A stretch of 61,796 bases of DNA, filler included, from Ionaspis alba (GCA_964255285.1; 5 parts of 5 records of this genome joined end to end with filler, not necessarily neighbours in it); one strand, 5' to 3'; numbered from the whole stretch's first letter, positions 50,870 to 61,796 are shown. The notes: generated by a model from the letters alone, not told the origin. Made by a program: numbers and translations.

Positions 50870-52411
50870 CTACGCAAAAAGCGCACCCACCCGTCCGAAA
50901 CGCCACGCCTCGTTCGTTCCCTTCTTGGTCTCCTTCCCGTTGACGCCACTCTTCTCAACATCAACTATCCGTCCTCCATCCTCAATTGGTACACCTTCCA
51001 CCTTCTTGACCTTCTTGCCCTCCTGAAACTGCATAATGCCCGCCATCGCAGCCACAATACAAGCCAGCGCCACAAAAAGTCCCGTGCTCCACGAGGGCCG
51101 ATTGTACCGATTGAGTCCCCACATGAAGCCCGAGAGCACCGCTTGCAAGAACGTATTCGCGACAAAAAGCAAGATCACATAATCAAGCTTCCAAAGTGGT
51201 GTCGGCGGAGCCCTCACTCCCGTCAACGGCGCTGCCGGGATCTTCTTCGCCGGCAACGGAACAGCAGCATTCTCCTCATCCAACCGCGAATTCGGCTCCG
51301 GATCCAACACCTGGCTCCCAGGCAATCGAAACCACGAATTATGAATGCCCGCCAACTTCCTCAACGCGTCGTGCTTATTCAGCACGCGCCACTGAATAAG
51401 ATAGTACCAATCACGAAACCTCCACGGGATCAGCCCAAAGCCCGTAACGCAGAACAGCGCATTCACGATCTGCGAGTCGATTTCAACCCAGATGCGCCGT
51501 GGCGAGTCAATGTCGTTGCAGTCTTTGACGCCGTGCAGATGCTCGGGATAGCACATAGCGGGCGCGGCGTTGCATAGCAGCAGGAAGAGCATTCCGCCCC
51601 AAGCGACGACGTTGAGGCCGTAGAGAACGATAAAGAAGCCAAGGGGTGTGAGGGTGAATTTCCAGAAAGCTTTAAGACCAATGATGGTTGCTTCGCCCCA
51701 GGTTTTCTTGGGCGGAAAGGCGTACCCGTTCGGGTAGATGCCGGAAGAGTCGGGGACTGGTTTGGATGGTTCTTGGGAGACGGGGTCTGTGGAGGAGGAG
51801 CTGCGGGGTGGTTCGCCGCCGAGCATAGCTTTGACGTTCTTGGAACGCCGTTTTGGACGTGGGTCGAGGTCGTCTAGGGAATGGGAGGAGGAAGCTTCGT
51901 CGTCGGGGAGGGGTGCTGTGATTTTAGGGCCTCGGACGTAGGATTGGTCGGACATTTCGCCACGGCCGAATATGATATCCGGGAAACCGTCGTCTTCTTC
52001 GGGTTCCTTTTCATTGACGGTGCCTTTTGGCAGAGATGTTGTTATCGGACTCTTGTTTGTTCTTGTAGGACTTGTATGGCTTTGCGTCGGCGACCCAAGC
52101 TGAGGTCTTGCAGTACCACTAGCTGCACTAGTCCTTCTTTGTCCTTCTCCGTCCCAGCCATTGCTGCCGAAACTTCCTCGGCGAATGTCTGCTAATGATG
52201 GTGCTCTTGCTGCTGCGCCTGCCGTCGCTGACCACATGCCTACTGGTGGACTGGACTCCATGAACGATTGAGATGCACTCCGTAGACGACCGGAGGCACC
52301 AGAGAAGCCACGCGGTCTAGAAGGCGTTGACGGAGAGGATGGAGTATGAGGAGACGTGAGTGAGGTTGCGGTATCTTCATGGCTTGTCGCTGTGGGAGTA
52401 GATTCAGTCAT
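50870..52411 (-). CDS. DUF2985-type multi-pass membrane protein
   Basis: Disordered S/P-rich N-terminus, then VVAWGGMLFLLL...RRIWVEIDSQIVNALFCVTGFGLIPWRFRD...YNRPSWSTG with four TM segments. Confidence 0.75.
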   Translation of the reverse strand: MTESTPTATSHEDTATSLTSPHTPSSPSTPSRPRGFSGASGRLRSASQSFMESSPPVGMWSATAGAAARAPSLADIRRGSFGSNGWDGEGQRRTSAASGTARPQLGSPTQSHTSPTRTNKSPITTSLPKGTVNEKEPEEDDGFPDIIFGRGEMSDQSYVRGPKITAPLPDDEASSSHSLDDLDPRPKRRSKNVKAMLGGEPPRSSSSTDPVSQEPSKPVPDSSGIYPNGYAFPPKKTWGEATIIGLKAFWKFTLTPLGFFIVLYGLNVVAWGGMLFLLLCNAAPAMCYPEHLHGVKDCNDIDSPRRIWVEIDSQIVNALFCVTGFGLIPWRFRDWYYLIQWRVLNKHDALRKLAGIHNSWFRLPGSQVLDPEPNSRLDEENAAVPLPAKKIPAAPLTGVRAPPTPLWKLDYVILLFVANTFLQAVLSGFMWGLNRYNRPSWSTGLFVALACIVAAMAGIMQFQEGKKVKKVEGVPIEDGGRIVDVEKSGVNGKETKKGTNEAWRFGRVGALFA

Positions 52412-52919
52412 GGTTGCGTAGAGATTGAAATGTGTTGGAATTGGTAGGGAGGCGTGGGTCGAATGAAGGGATGATGCAATATTAGCTTCGAGAATTCATG
52501 GTGGTAAACTTGGCTATGTTCCTTTAGAGATGTAGCAGGCAATGAATAAGGAAGGACTGAATTCTTTTGGAGAGACGACGGGGAAGAATGGAAGGCAAAA
52601 GCGAAGGCAAATCGTGTTTGTCCAAAGAACCGACGTTGTTCAACAATAATCAGGGTCCTAATAATGGGTAATAAGAACCTGGCACACTCGCTAAGCAGGG
52701 ATCATCAAATCCTGGGCCTTGCATCACTCAACCGGGTGTGAGAGATATGCACTTAGGGTTACACGCAGTGATTGTTACCGGTTTCTAGCTTCTACTATAG
52801 GACATAATACTTGGAGTCATCCCTTGCAGTATATTTCTGCCTATTAGGACCTCAATATCTCCTTCCATACCCGGCCACCATGTCTTTCCAATAACACCCA
52901 CTGAATCCAACCACCAGTT

Positions 52920-53576
52920 ATGCCGACCTCGACAGTACCCCTCCCTAAGCCCTCCGCCCTCACAACCTCCATCAAGTCCTCCCTGCCTCACGACCTCGCC
53001 CATGCCCCTCACTACTACCATCTTGCAGCTCAAATCCTACACAATCTGCAGTACCAGCACGACTGGACCTCCTTGCGCATCCACACCAACACGACCCTCC
53101 CACCATCAAATCCACCCTCTACTGCCCTACTCGACAGTCCATACAAGTCTGACAACCTTACCCTTCTTCCACGTCCGATAATCTCAGGTCTCCCTCCGCG
53201 ACCGCTCTACACGCACCCCGATGACCAAGTCGCTATGCTCAAAGCTGGTGTCAAAGAGACGGATGTGCGAGTGGAGCGGGAATGGGTGCTTCCGACGCAT
53301 TTGAGGGAGAAGTGGAGTTTGAGGCGATTCGGGGAGGTTTTTGACGGGACTGGATTGGACGAGCCTATGAATACGGAATCAGGGATTGGGCAAGATGACC
53401 CCGAAGTCGAACAGAAGCAGGAAGTGGAGAGAACGGAAGAGAGGAAGGAGGAAGAAGGCAAGGGTTGGAAGAGGAAGAGGCGAGCACAGAGAGTGCTATT
53501 GGCTACGCTTTGTGATGATAGTACGGTTGTTTATTATATTGTCCATGATGGGATTGTGAAGCCAAGGCAGAACTGA
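52920..53576 (+). CDS. SEN15: tRNA-splicing endonuclease subunit Sen15 (fungal)
   Basis: QILHNLQYQHDWT, ISGLPPRPLYTHPDDQ, EREWVLP, RVLLATLCDDSTVVYYIVHDGIVKPRQN. Confidence 0.88.
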   Translation: MPTSTVPLPKPSALTTSIKSSLPHDLAHAPHYYHLAAQILHNLQYQHDWTSLRIHTNTTLPPSNPPSTALLDSPYKSDNLTLLPRPIISGLPPRPLYTHPDDQVAMLKAGVKETDVRVEREWVLPTHLREKWSLRRFGEVFDGTGLDEPMNTESGIGQDDPEVEQKQEVERTEERKEEEGKGWKRKRRAQRVLLATLCDDSTVVYYIVHDGIVKPRQN

Positions 53577-53906
53577 AAAGGAAATAGAGCGCGGTGCGGA
53601 TGCTTTATGCCTCTGGACGTTATGATTGTGCTCATCTGTCCGCGAAATCTGAAGGAAGATTTCGTAGAATCGGGGTCCTTCACGAGGGAAGCGCTGAAGG
53701 TATGACACTTTCATTGCGGAAACCAATATTATCTATACATTGCTGATTGTGAGCAGAAGACAAAATTTCTTCGTCGCCTTCTGATATCGTTTTGACGCCG
53801 CAAGCTCACCCACCATTCGTAGATCCAAACGCAGAAAAGACATATAGCAGCGCCAGGTATCATAGGTCCTCGGAAATAATAGAAGACCAGGCATCCAAAT
53901 TGGCTA

Positions 53907-53943
53907 GCTCGCACGCTCGCTCACTCACTCACTCACTCACTCA
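53907..53943. repeat. (CTCG/CTCA)n microsatellite running into an assembly gap
   Basis: ctcgcacgctcgctcactcactcactcactcactca immediately before the N run. Confidence 0.8.
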
Positions 53944-54043
53944 NNNNNNNNNNNNNNNNNNNNNNNNNNNNNNNNNNNNNNNNNNNNNNNNNNNNNNNNN
54001 NNNNNNNNNNNNNNNNNNNNNNNNNNNNNNNNNNNNNNNNNNN

Positions 54044-55197
54044 GATCCTGTAAGCACGGTTGCAGTAGCCCAAACACATGCCCATCCTGCAGCACCAATC
54101 GCGTCGGCACCCTCCACCGTTACGAAGACCTGGAGGAACGTGTTCAAATAGACCACAGCTGCAAGAGTCGCAGTCCTCTTGATGATAGTCCTCGTCCGCT
54201 TTGAGTAACCCCAAAGATTGTACAGAACAGTCTCCCAGAGCGTTGCAGTTTCCGGATTGAATGCGGAATTTTTGATGTCCCCAAGATCGGCTCTGGCCCC
54301 CGTTGATGGCGTGAAGAGGAAACTCTTTGCTGCGATTCCGCTCGGAATAAAAGCAGGGAGAAGCAGCGCCACGGTGGCTTCGTATGCACCTGTGAGGTCT
54401 CTAAGCCCGTCAAAATGCAATATCAGGTGCGTCGGAAGCCATGTCGCGAAGCTGCTATACAGGACGATGCCGTAGATACCAGCCGCAAGAAGACTTGTGA
54501 ATACGGCTACGGGCAAGTCGTTGATGATGGTTCGATTGGCTATTGCGCCTTTGGGTGCCTCGGAGGAGTGAGTTGGCAACACCGGACGGAGAAGGCGAAA
54601 TGGGATATATGTGGTCATCATGTCGATTATCAGAGACGTCAACAATGTAGTAGGGCGAATCGCGTAGAAGGTTGTCAAGAGGTATAGGGGTGGCAGATGT
54701 GATAAGAGAGTCAAAGAGGCCAGATCGTAGCCTACAAGCCTCAGTTAGCAAGTGTCTTGATGATCGATGGGCACTTCGAGAAGAGAAATCCCCAGGGGAG
54801 CAGTCAGCATACTATCATATTGTCCCCACCATCCCACAGCAAGCTCCAAGGTCTTAACACCCAGGAGCCCTGTAACTTCCCACCAGTCATTGACGCTCCT
54901 GCTCACGGACGAGAGATCCCCGGCTGTGAACTCGGACGTGAAAGAGTAAAGAAAAGCGGAAAGCGTCAGGCTCAGAAGGACGAGAATCGGGAATCGGAGA
55001 GGCGCAGGAATTTTGCTGGCAGCGATCGGCGGAGTTGGAGCTGGAATTTCGACAATGCCGTTGGGCATCTGCTTTCGAGAGACCATGATTGACTTCAGTA
55101 GGCTAGGGTTATCGCTGCTTGGTGGAGAATGGCGAGGTGGCTGCTGTTTTTGAGTTGGGAGATCGAAACCTACGCGACGTTGTTTTGGTGTTGCCAT
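54044..55197 (-). CDS. Conserved fungal multi-pass membrane protein (3' end in the gap), 2 exons
   Basis: PAPLRFPILVLLSLTLSAFLYS..GDLSSVSR..ELAVGWWGQYD | intron about 54743-54811 | ...WLPTHLILHFDGLRDL..FNPETATL..TVEGADAIGAAGWA. Start codon uncertain. Confidence 0.75.
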
Positions 55198-55540
55198 GAC
55201 GTCGGGCTTGCGCTGCGCTTCTGATTGGTGGACCAAGCTTGGAGCTTCGAATTCCACTTTCTGGGTTGCCAAGACGCCGTGGAAATGATGGTTACAATGT
55301 CAAGAAGTAACCAGCCGCACTGAAGATGTCTAGTCGGATTTCACTTCCTCTGTCTTTATCATGCACAGTCTCCCATTTCAGGCATATAAGTCGCCTTTTC
55401 CTGGTTCTTTGGGAGGTTACTTGATGCCAAGTGGAAGGGCAATCTACACTTCCTTATGAACCCATTCTGCGACGATCCTGACTTTACTGGAAGGAAGTGG
55501 AAGAACCGAGGTAGAGATCCTGTTTTCTTAGAAATCAGGT

Positions 55541-57356
55541 ATGATACTGCAACCAGCAAGGTTCCTCCGACTCCGGCACATACCCTTTGTCTACTTCAAG
55601 ACAGGTGGACAAAGTCGTCTGGCCAGCAATTATGGGCCCCCACTTCCCGGACAAATTGGACCGCAGCCTGGGGATACTGATGGAGTTGAAGGCGAAGGTG
55701 GTCCACTTAAGGGATCCCAGACTTCTTATACCTCTACTGGTTACAAGATGTTTGAAAGTGCTGCCACGACTTTTGCATCATTGGCTGTTCTTGGGTAAGA
55801 AATTCATTTCATATTCCAGTTTGTTGAACTGTTTCATACTTTCTCTATGAATCAATACTACATTCAGACCAAGAAAATGATCCAGCCATTCCACTTACCA
55901 ATTATATAAACATCATTCGCCATTGAAATTGCAGTCCACTGTCAAGACCGCTGCTGAACTGTGTCGTAGACTCGCCGGATATGGCTATCATCGCTACTAC
56001 AAATACCTCGTGCTTCAAAAGATGGAGAAAGCTTTCGAGCCGGGTGATCCGATGCTGGAGCTAGCCGCCCTGTCTGGACAGAAATCTACCAACATCCTGG
56101 AAGAAGATGAACACCACTGGATCCGTCGTAATGAGCAAGCGAAGATTGACGCTATCGTCAACGGGAGCGAGAAAGGGCACTACCACCTGCTCATCGGTGA
56201 GAAAGGAACTGGAAAATCCTCTATGCTGTTAGACGCAATGCAGAAAGTAAATGGAGAGGGTATATCCATGTTTGAAGCACATGCGAACCTTGAGATCTTC
56301 CGTATTCGGCTCGGAAAGGCGCTTGATTTCGAGTTTCACGAAGATTACATCGGAAGTCTATTCAGTATCAGAGGTCCTAGAGATACTACGGCACTCTTGG
56401 ACATCGAACGTGCATTTAATAAGCTTGAAAAAGTGGCTTTGAATCGAAGGAAAGCTGTTGGAAGGCCCCTTGTACTCATCATCAATAGTACGCATCTGCT
56501 TCGGGATGACGAAGACGGTAGAGATCTGCTGGAACTCATCCAGCAGCGTGCTGAGCAATGGGCTGCAAGCAACCTAGTCACGGTGGTCTTCAACAGTGAT
56601 GATTATTGGGTATATGAAAGACTCAAAGGATTAGCTACAAGGATGGAAGTCTTGCCAGTACTTGACCTACCGAAGGACCAGGCTGTGTCTGCCTTACAGA
56701 AATATCGCAGGCGTTATTTCAAGGAAGCGCCTTCGTCCGAGATCTTGGAGCAAGTGTACGATAAAGTGGGCGGCCGCCTGACTTTTCTTAACCGAGTCGC
56801 AAAGTCGGCGAATATGCTGAAAGAATGCGATGCCATCTGCACTCGAGAGAAAAGCTGGTTGCTCAACCAATGCTGGATTCTTGGAGAAGAGATGGACGAC
56901 GACGTCATGGATCAACAAAAGTACTGCTCGGCCGCTATGGTACTTGCGAAAGCCCTTGTCGACCTTGAAAAGTCGCAGGCGACTTACCATCCTGAGAAAG
57001 GCCACATGCTGCCTGAGATATCACTGCACGAAGCCAGGCAGATCATGACACGTGCCGACTTCATTCAAGGCTATGATCACATCAATATCTTCACCATTGA
57101 TTCACGTGCTATGGTTCGAGCTGATTCGGTGCCCATGCAGAATGCTTTCCGGGAGATCTGCAGTGAAGAAGGTTTCGCAGAACATCTGGAGGCGACCTTG
57201 GACCGTATCAGTGCCATCGAAAGTCTGGGCAGAACGAGAGAGGTCGTCGCCAAAGATTTGATCGATAAGGAATATCTAATCAAGGTCAAGGGCCTGGGGA
57301 AGAACGACCCTGGTAAAGATGTGATTGTCAGCCTCAAGAAGAACGATTCAGAGTGA
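55541..57356 (+). CDS. Membrane-anchored P-loop ATPase (AAA/archaeal-ATPase-like), probably mitochondrial, 2 exons
   Basis: Presequence-like start; TM FASLAVLG|LAGYGY (intron about 55795-55969); Walker A GEKGTGKS; Walker-B-like LVLIINS; winged-helix-like VGGRL. Confidence 0.75.
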
Positions 57357-57997
57357 ACAATGCAGTTCGCATCTGGGTCACAGACTTGAGCTATTGGAGA
57401 GACGAGTACTGTACTCTTCAGCATTGTAGCAGGGACTGGAAAGCCATATTTGAGCCTGGCCAGCGTCCACGGCGACCACCTCGTGCAGTCCCAGGTCGCC
57501 GGCGTGGGAAATACATGGTCGCGAAATTGTATGAGCCTATAGAAATAGGACTTCAGATGCAGTGGCGTCCCGGGCATTGTGTTGATTGCATACTAGAGTG
57601 TTATGTATCAGAGAGCTGAGAGTTGTAGTCCCATTCGGACCGCCACCTACTCAGCTGCATTGGACGGGATATGATTCATCTCTTGGCTAGGGCAAAGACC
57701 CAACAATTTTTATCGGTGGTCCCATGACCAAGACCTCTTAAGAATTACTTTACGGAGCAGGCCGAGACGACCCAGAGTCAGGTCCAAGAGTTTTGGCACG
57801 CGAAGTCGTCAGCTCCGCAATTTGTGGCTTGGGAAAAATGCTATTGATCCCGTCTCATTCGCTAAGCGAGGTTTTCCGCTAATGGCTTGTGTTGTATTTC
57901 CTTTAAATCCAGACCAGGCACCAATATTGTCTTTGAGCTATAGCGTTGCTTGCTGTGTACTTGGGACTGTTTGCTGCCACCATGGCACTGAGATTCG

Positions 57998-58005
57998 TGT
58001 ATAAA
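57998..58005 (+). promoter_or_regulatory. TATA box upstream of the metallopeptidase gene
   Basis: GTATAAA about 155 bp upstream of ATG 58157, followed by a pyrimidine-rich leader. Confidence 0.5.
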
Positions 58006-58156
58006 GGAGGTCCTCTCCCCGCCTCGTTTTTGTTTACTTCTTGGTCTTTCAGCTATTATAGAGGTCTGTGTCCAGGTTTCTGTTCTTGATACCCTGAACG
58101 CCTATTTGTGACCAATCTTCTCGTTTGACCTGTATACTTGCTCTAAAGATCTCATT

Positions 58157-59407
58157 ATGTCGCGTAAGGGAAGTCAGAAGTTCGCTGTCCTCCTCTGCAA
58201 GTTCTCCGACAATTCCACTGTCGAGCCCCAGAACAAGGCCTTTTTCGAAGACCTCTTCGTCAACCGTGGCACCGGAGGTGTCAACGATTATTGGATCACC
58301 AACTCCAATGGCAACATCAATCTCGATGGTACAGTGATCTTCAACTGGAAAAATCTCAATACGAAGCACGACGACTATGTCTCCACGCACCCCACCCGTT
58401 GGAACAAAGTCTCTGGAGCCATTGACGCCTTTGGCCTTGACACTTCCAAATACGCCGGCGTTGTCGCCGTATTCAACACCTCTGTCAGTGATGCCGGTAC
58501 TGAAGGCGGTGTTCTCGCCGGGCCTACCGAGCTCAACGTTACCTGGCTCGGTCACGAAACTGGTCACGTCCTGGGGCTCTCTCACTCCTTCGATGAATCC
58601 GATCGTAAACTCATTTCCTGGTCCGCACCGGGTGAGTATTACGATAACTACGACATCATGAGCGCCATGAACGTCTTTACTACACCTCATCCCAAATTTA
58701 CCAACACGGGCCCTCGCCTCTGCACTGCGAACCAGGACTTCATGGGCTGGCTGCCAAGTACCCGTGTCTGGTCACCTCCAGAACATCGATCTTCTCTCAC
58801 AGATGTCGATCTGGTGGCACTCTCTCACTCCGATACTCCTGGTTACATTTGCGCTAAAGTAGGAGGCTTCTACCTTGAGTTTCGCGTGAGAGACGGGCTA
58901 GACGCCGGTATTCCCGGCCCTGCTGTTCTGATTCATACGCTGAATGGTCCTAATGCTATGATCATGGCTCGGAATGCCGCAACGTACGACAACGACTTTC
59001 AAGTTGGTAATTCATACGGCGCTAGCCCACCCTTCATCAATATCACTGGCGGAACGCGTATCGAGATCCTGAGCTTTAATATTCCAGCACACAAAGCACG
59101 AGTTCGGATTCAGGTACAAATGTCTCGCCCCATCTTTGGTGGACTTGGTGGAACTGGTGGAACCGTGATAGGAGGTGTGACCGTCGATGGTGGCGGATGG
59201 ATCATCGTTGGTGGAAAAGTGATTCGAATTCCGCCTCGCAGTCCGGTATTGGGAGTATTGGCGAAATTGGCGCTTGTTAGTCAGGCACTTGAAACGTTGG
59301 GAGGAAGTGCCAGGAATGCAGTCAGTGCAGAGATTTGGAAAGATGTTGAGGCGGCAGCCAAACTGGCAAGGGGTGGGAAGCTGGCGCTGGAGGAAGAAGC
59401 AAAGTAG
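58157..59407 (+). CDS. Metzincin zinc metallopeptidase (M6/M11-like), intronless, no signal peptide
   Basis: FAVLLCKFSD (M6-like first strand); HETGHVLGLSH (HExxHxxGxxH); Met-turn YDIMSAM; C-terminal GGVTVDGGGW..IPPRSP module. Confidence 0.82.
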   Translation: MSRKGSQKFAVLLCKFSDNSTVEPQNKAFFEDLFVNRGTGGVNDYWITNSNGNINLDGTVIFNWKNLNTKHDDYVSTHPTRWNKVSGAIDAFGLDTSKYAGVVAVFNTSVSDAGTEGGVLAGPTELNVTWLGHETGHVLGLSHSFDESDRKLISWSAPGEYYDNYDIMSAMNVFTTPHPKFTNTGPRLCTANQDFMGWLPSTRVWSPPEHRSSLTDVDLVALSHSDTPGYICAKVGGFYLEFRVRDGLDAGIPGPAVLIHTLNGPNAMIMARNAATYDNDFQVGNSYGASPPFINITGGTRIEILSFNIPAHKARVRIQVQMSRPIFGGLGGTGGTVIGGVTVDGGGWIIVGGKVIRIPPRSPVLGVLAKLALVSQALETLGGSARNAVSAEIWKDVEAAAKLARGGKLALEEEAK

Positions 59408-59881
59408 GAAGGATGTTGTTGTGGTGAAATCATGCAACTTAGGGTTTGAAGATTAAGCGAGGCTTGATGGAGTACGATCATGTTCATATAGGACTGGAGA
59501 GCTTCTGCTAAACAGGCATCCTGTATTGTAGTGTTTCTAATGTCACTTTACTATAACGTGCCGCAATGAAGAGACGCGTGATTTGCCAGAAATAATTGTG
59601 TCATCTACAACTCGTCGACCTCCCCGTACGTTCGTGATAACCATTTAGTCACCTCACAAAGTCAATTTGTATCCAGTTTGAGACGAACTCGAATTCAGGT
59701 CGGTCAGTAGGATTGAACACCGCGTAATGGATGAACCACCTTCTGACAATACTGTAGATGTTGGAAGGCCGCCACGTAACGCGTTGTTGCTTCAATCTGG
59801 AATTAGTGAGCGAATATTTTTTTTCTCAACCGCAACCTGATACGACGTCATTGAACAAACCATCCTATCTTTCTGTCAAAG

Positions 59882-60358
59882 ATGTCTCTCGAAGACCTTC
59901 GCATCAATGGTCTTTACATCGTCCTCTTCGCGCGCGACGACCCTCCGAAGCCCGACGACTTCCATTGGGCTTTCTACTTCCACACTAATCAATACGGTGG
60001 CATAAAATACCACATCAAGAGCCTCGGCTCTGGCTGGATCGCCGACCACGGCTCTCCTGGAGACATCTTCAAATCACTCTTCCTCGTTGGACTCTTCCAT
60101 GTCGCCGATATCCCAGAAGGACAGGAGAGGCCTTTCGACACATTCACAAGGTCCTCTGACAACCGGCTCAATGTCAAAGGAATGACTTGTCGAGTCTGGC
60201 TCTTTATGGTGCTGAAGGCGCTTGCTGACTTGGTGGGATGCGTTGATCTGGAGAAGCTGGAGAGGGAGGTTAAGGATTGGGGGAACGAGCATGCGGAGAG
60301 TGCTGCGAAGGCTGTGCAACCTCGACCTGTGGGTGCATCAACGCTTTGTAGGCTGTGA
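59882..60358 (+). CDS. Small hypothetical protein (158 aa), possible permuted papain-like (His...Cys) fold
   Basis: GLYIVLF..FHWAFY..GIKYHI...TCRVWL pattern seen in fungal DUF6914/DUF6540-like proteins. Confidence 0.65.
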   Translation: MSLEDLRINGLYIVLFARDDPPKPDDFHWAFYFHTNQYGGIKYHIKSLGSGWIADHGSPGDIFKSLFLVGLFHVADIPEGQERPFDTFTRSSDNRLNVKGMTCRVWLFMVLKALADLVGCVDLEKLEREVKDWGNEHAESAAKAVQPRPVGASTLCRL

Positions 60359-61020
60359 AGTTTTGCGAGGTTGTGGGTGCTTGGGCGTTTGCTGAACCAT
60401 CACCAACTTTCATGATGGGGAAACTATTCTCTTACATGAATGGCACGGGGAGGGTGGTTAGGCAAATTTACACCACAGTCATGACAGGAACTTCTGTGGT
60501 GGTTTCGTCGAGCGATGGTGTTCTAAAGGGCCGTCAAGGACTCTCTCTAGATAAAAGGTTCTTGCTGCTTAGCATTGATACATGCTGCATCGTTCTCTGG
60601 GGTCAATCGGGCGGAAAGTTCCTCTCCCTCCAATAGCAACCCATCATGGAGTCGCTGCTTGCCATTGAAGATCTCAGGGTCGCAAAGTCGATCCCAATTA
60701 TCAGGAAGCATAGCTTTCTAGCAACTCAAAGGGTCGAAATCGTGCTTCCGATGTTTTTAGACTTGGGATTCAGCCGTTGTTGAAGGCCAACAAACCGGAT
60801 AAAGGGGGATTTTAGCTCAGCCTTACAACACGCCAGGTATGCTAACTCTGAAACGTGTTGAATCTGACGCGCAATTGGTTAATTCTCAAATTCCTTGATC
60901 ACACACTTGAAGAAGACGAATACCGCACCCTCCCATGCTCCATTCTCTTCCTCAACGAGGCACTCCGCTCACTGCTCAACACCAGTCCAAGACGCTCCTT
61001 CCTCACGCACACCTATCACC

Positions 61021-61796
61021 ATGGCAGGCATTCCAACCTACACCGAGAGTCCCATCAGTCCAGCGAAAGCCAGCGCCATAACGCCCCGAACCACCAGCGT
61101 CCCTCCGTCTCCTTACGCCCCAGCGACAACTACAGCACCGTCCGCGACCTCCACATACGCACCACCTCAACCAGGCTCCGCGATCCCCACTCCAACTCAA
61201 ACCCCGACTACGCGCAACGCACAAACACCCCCACCCCCTCAGCCAGGCGCACTTCCCACACCCTCCTACCCCAAGAGTCGAACGCCATCCCCCCGACGTG
61301 AAATCCCTCCACCGCCGAAAGTCGGCGAGAAGCCGCTCCCAGCAGCTTACTACTCCCCGATTCCCACACCGACCTACTACCCGCAAGCGCAATCCATCCC
61401 CTCCCAAATGGGCATGTCCTTCCCTCAAGACCCGCGCTCAGCCGGCATCCCACCCGCATCCACAACCTCAAGCACCGGTCCTCCACCCTCAGCAAATGGG
61501 CTCCTCTCCCCTCAGAACGCTTTCAACTACGGCTCCCCTGCTCAAACCCCCACAACAGCGACCTCGGAGCGTCGCTCCTTCGAGCATCCTCCAGGATATG
61601 TACAGAATCCTTACGCGGCAGATATGACGCCCGAGCAGCGCTTTGCGACGCAACATTCCCCGAGTAGTCCCTCGCTGGGGTATAATGGCAGCGGGACGGC
61701 GAAGAGCCCGGGGATCATGGGTGGACTGGCGGGGTTGGGGAGTCCGACTGGATTGGGAGGGATATTGAATGGTGATGGGAAGGGTGAAGGGGAGGG
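61021..61796 (+). CDS. Pro/Thr-rich conserved fungal hypothetical protein (3' end beyond the window)
   Basis: CACC-ATG; MAGIPTYTESPISP...PPPQPGA repeats...FEHPPGYVQNPYAADMTPEQR; open to the window end, so absent from the ORF track. Confidence 0.65.
   Translation, partial: MAGIPTYTESPISPAKASAITPRTTSVPPSPYAPATTTAPSATSTYAPPQPGSAIPTPTQTPTTRNAQTPPPPQPGALPTPSYPKSRTPSPRREIPPPPKVGEKPLPAAYYSPIPTPTYYPQAQSIPSQMGMSFPQDPRSAGIPPASTTSSTGPPPSANGLLSPQNAFNYGSPAQTPTTATSERRSFEHPPGYVQNPYAADMTPEQRFATQHSPSSPSLGYNGSGTAKSPGIMGGLAGLGSPTGLGGILNGDGKGEGE

Noticed and set aside
50837..51577. 246-aa plus-strand ORF
   Set aside because: Antisense to the DUF2985-type gene, with a non-ATG start and no motifs.
58049..58690. 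213-aa minus-strand ORF
   Set aside because: Antisense shadow of the metallopeptidase, explained by its codon bias.
58157..59407. Bacterial contamination as the explanation for the metallopeptidase
   Set aside because: It is contiguous, with no intervening gap, with the intron-containing ATPase gene and has a eukaryotic TATA box and leader.

Overview
This is genomic DNA from a filamentous ascomycete (Pezizomycotina-type GT/GC-AG introns with CTRAC/CTAAY branch points, and fungal housekeeping genes). The window is not one locus. It is five unrelated scaffolds of about 12.3 kb (1-12330, 12431-24738, 24839-37116, 37217-49457, 49558-61796), joined by artificial N44-TTAATTAATTAA-N44 linkers, and each scaffold has one internal 100-N gap. 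Core genes: NBS1/nibrin, kinesin-5 (BimC), an ING-type PHD protein (partial), MCM3, MAK5, TRM7, COQ5, BCKDH E1-alpha, HUT1 (partial) and SEN15. Accessory genes: GH25 lysozyme, secreted and GPI-anchored proteins, GT25, GNATs and a CorA-like protein. Three candidates stand out as possibly undescribed biology. (1) A tandem pair of an intact AbiEii/MenT-like nucleotidyltransferase and an apparently catalytically degenerate NTase-fold gene (22.7-24.6 kb), resembling a toxin/antidote module. (2) A tandem pair of highly diverged, intronless paralogues of unrecognised family carrying ABBA- and KEN-like APC/C motifs (38.6-41.3 kb). (3) An intronless, signal-less, bacterial-style M6-like metzincin with a GGVxxDGGG C-terminal module, next to a small putative papain-fold enzyme (58.2-60.4 kb). 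All family calls come from reading motifs by eye; no database search was run.
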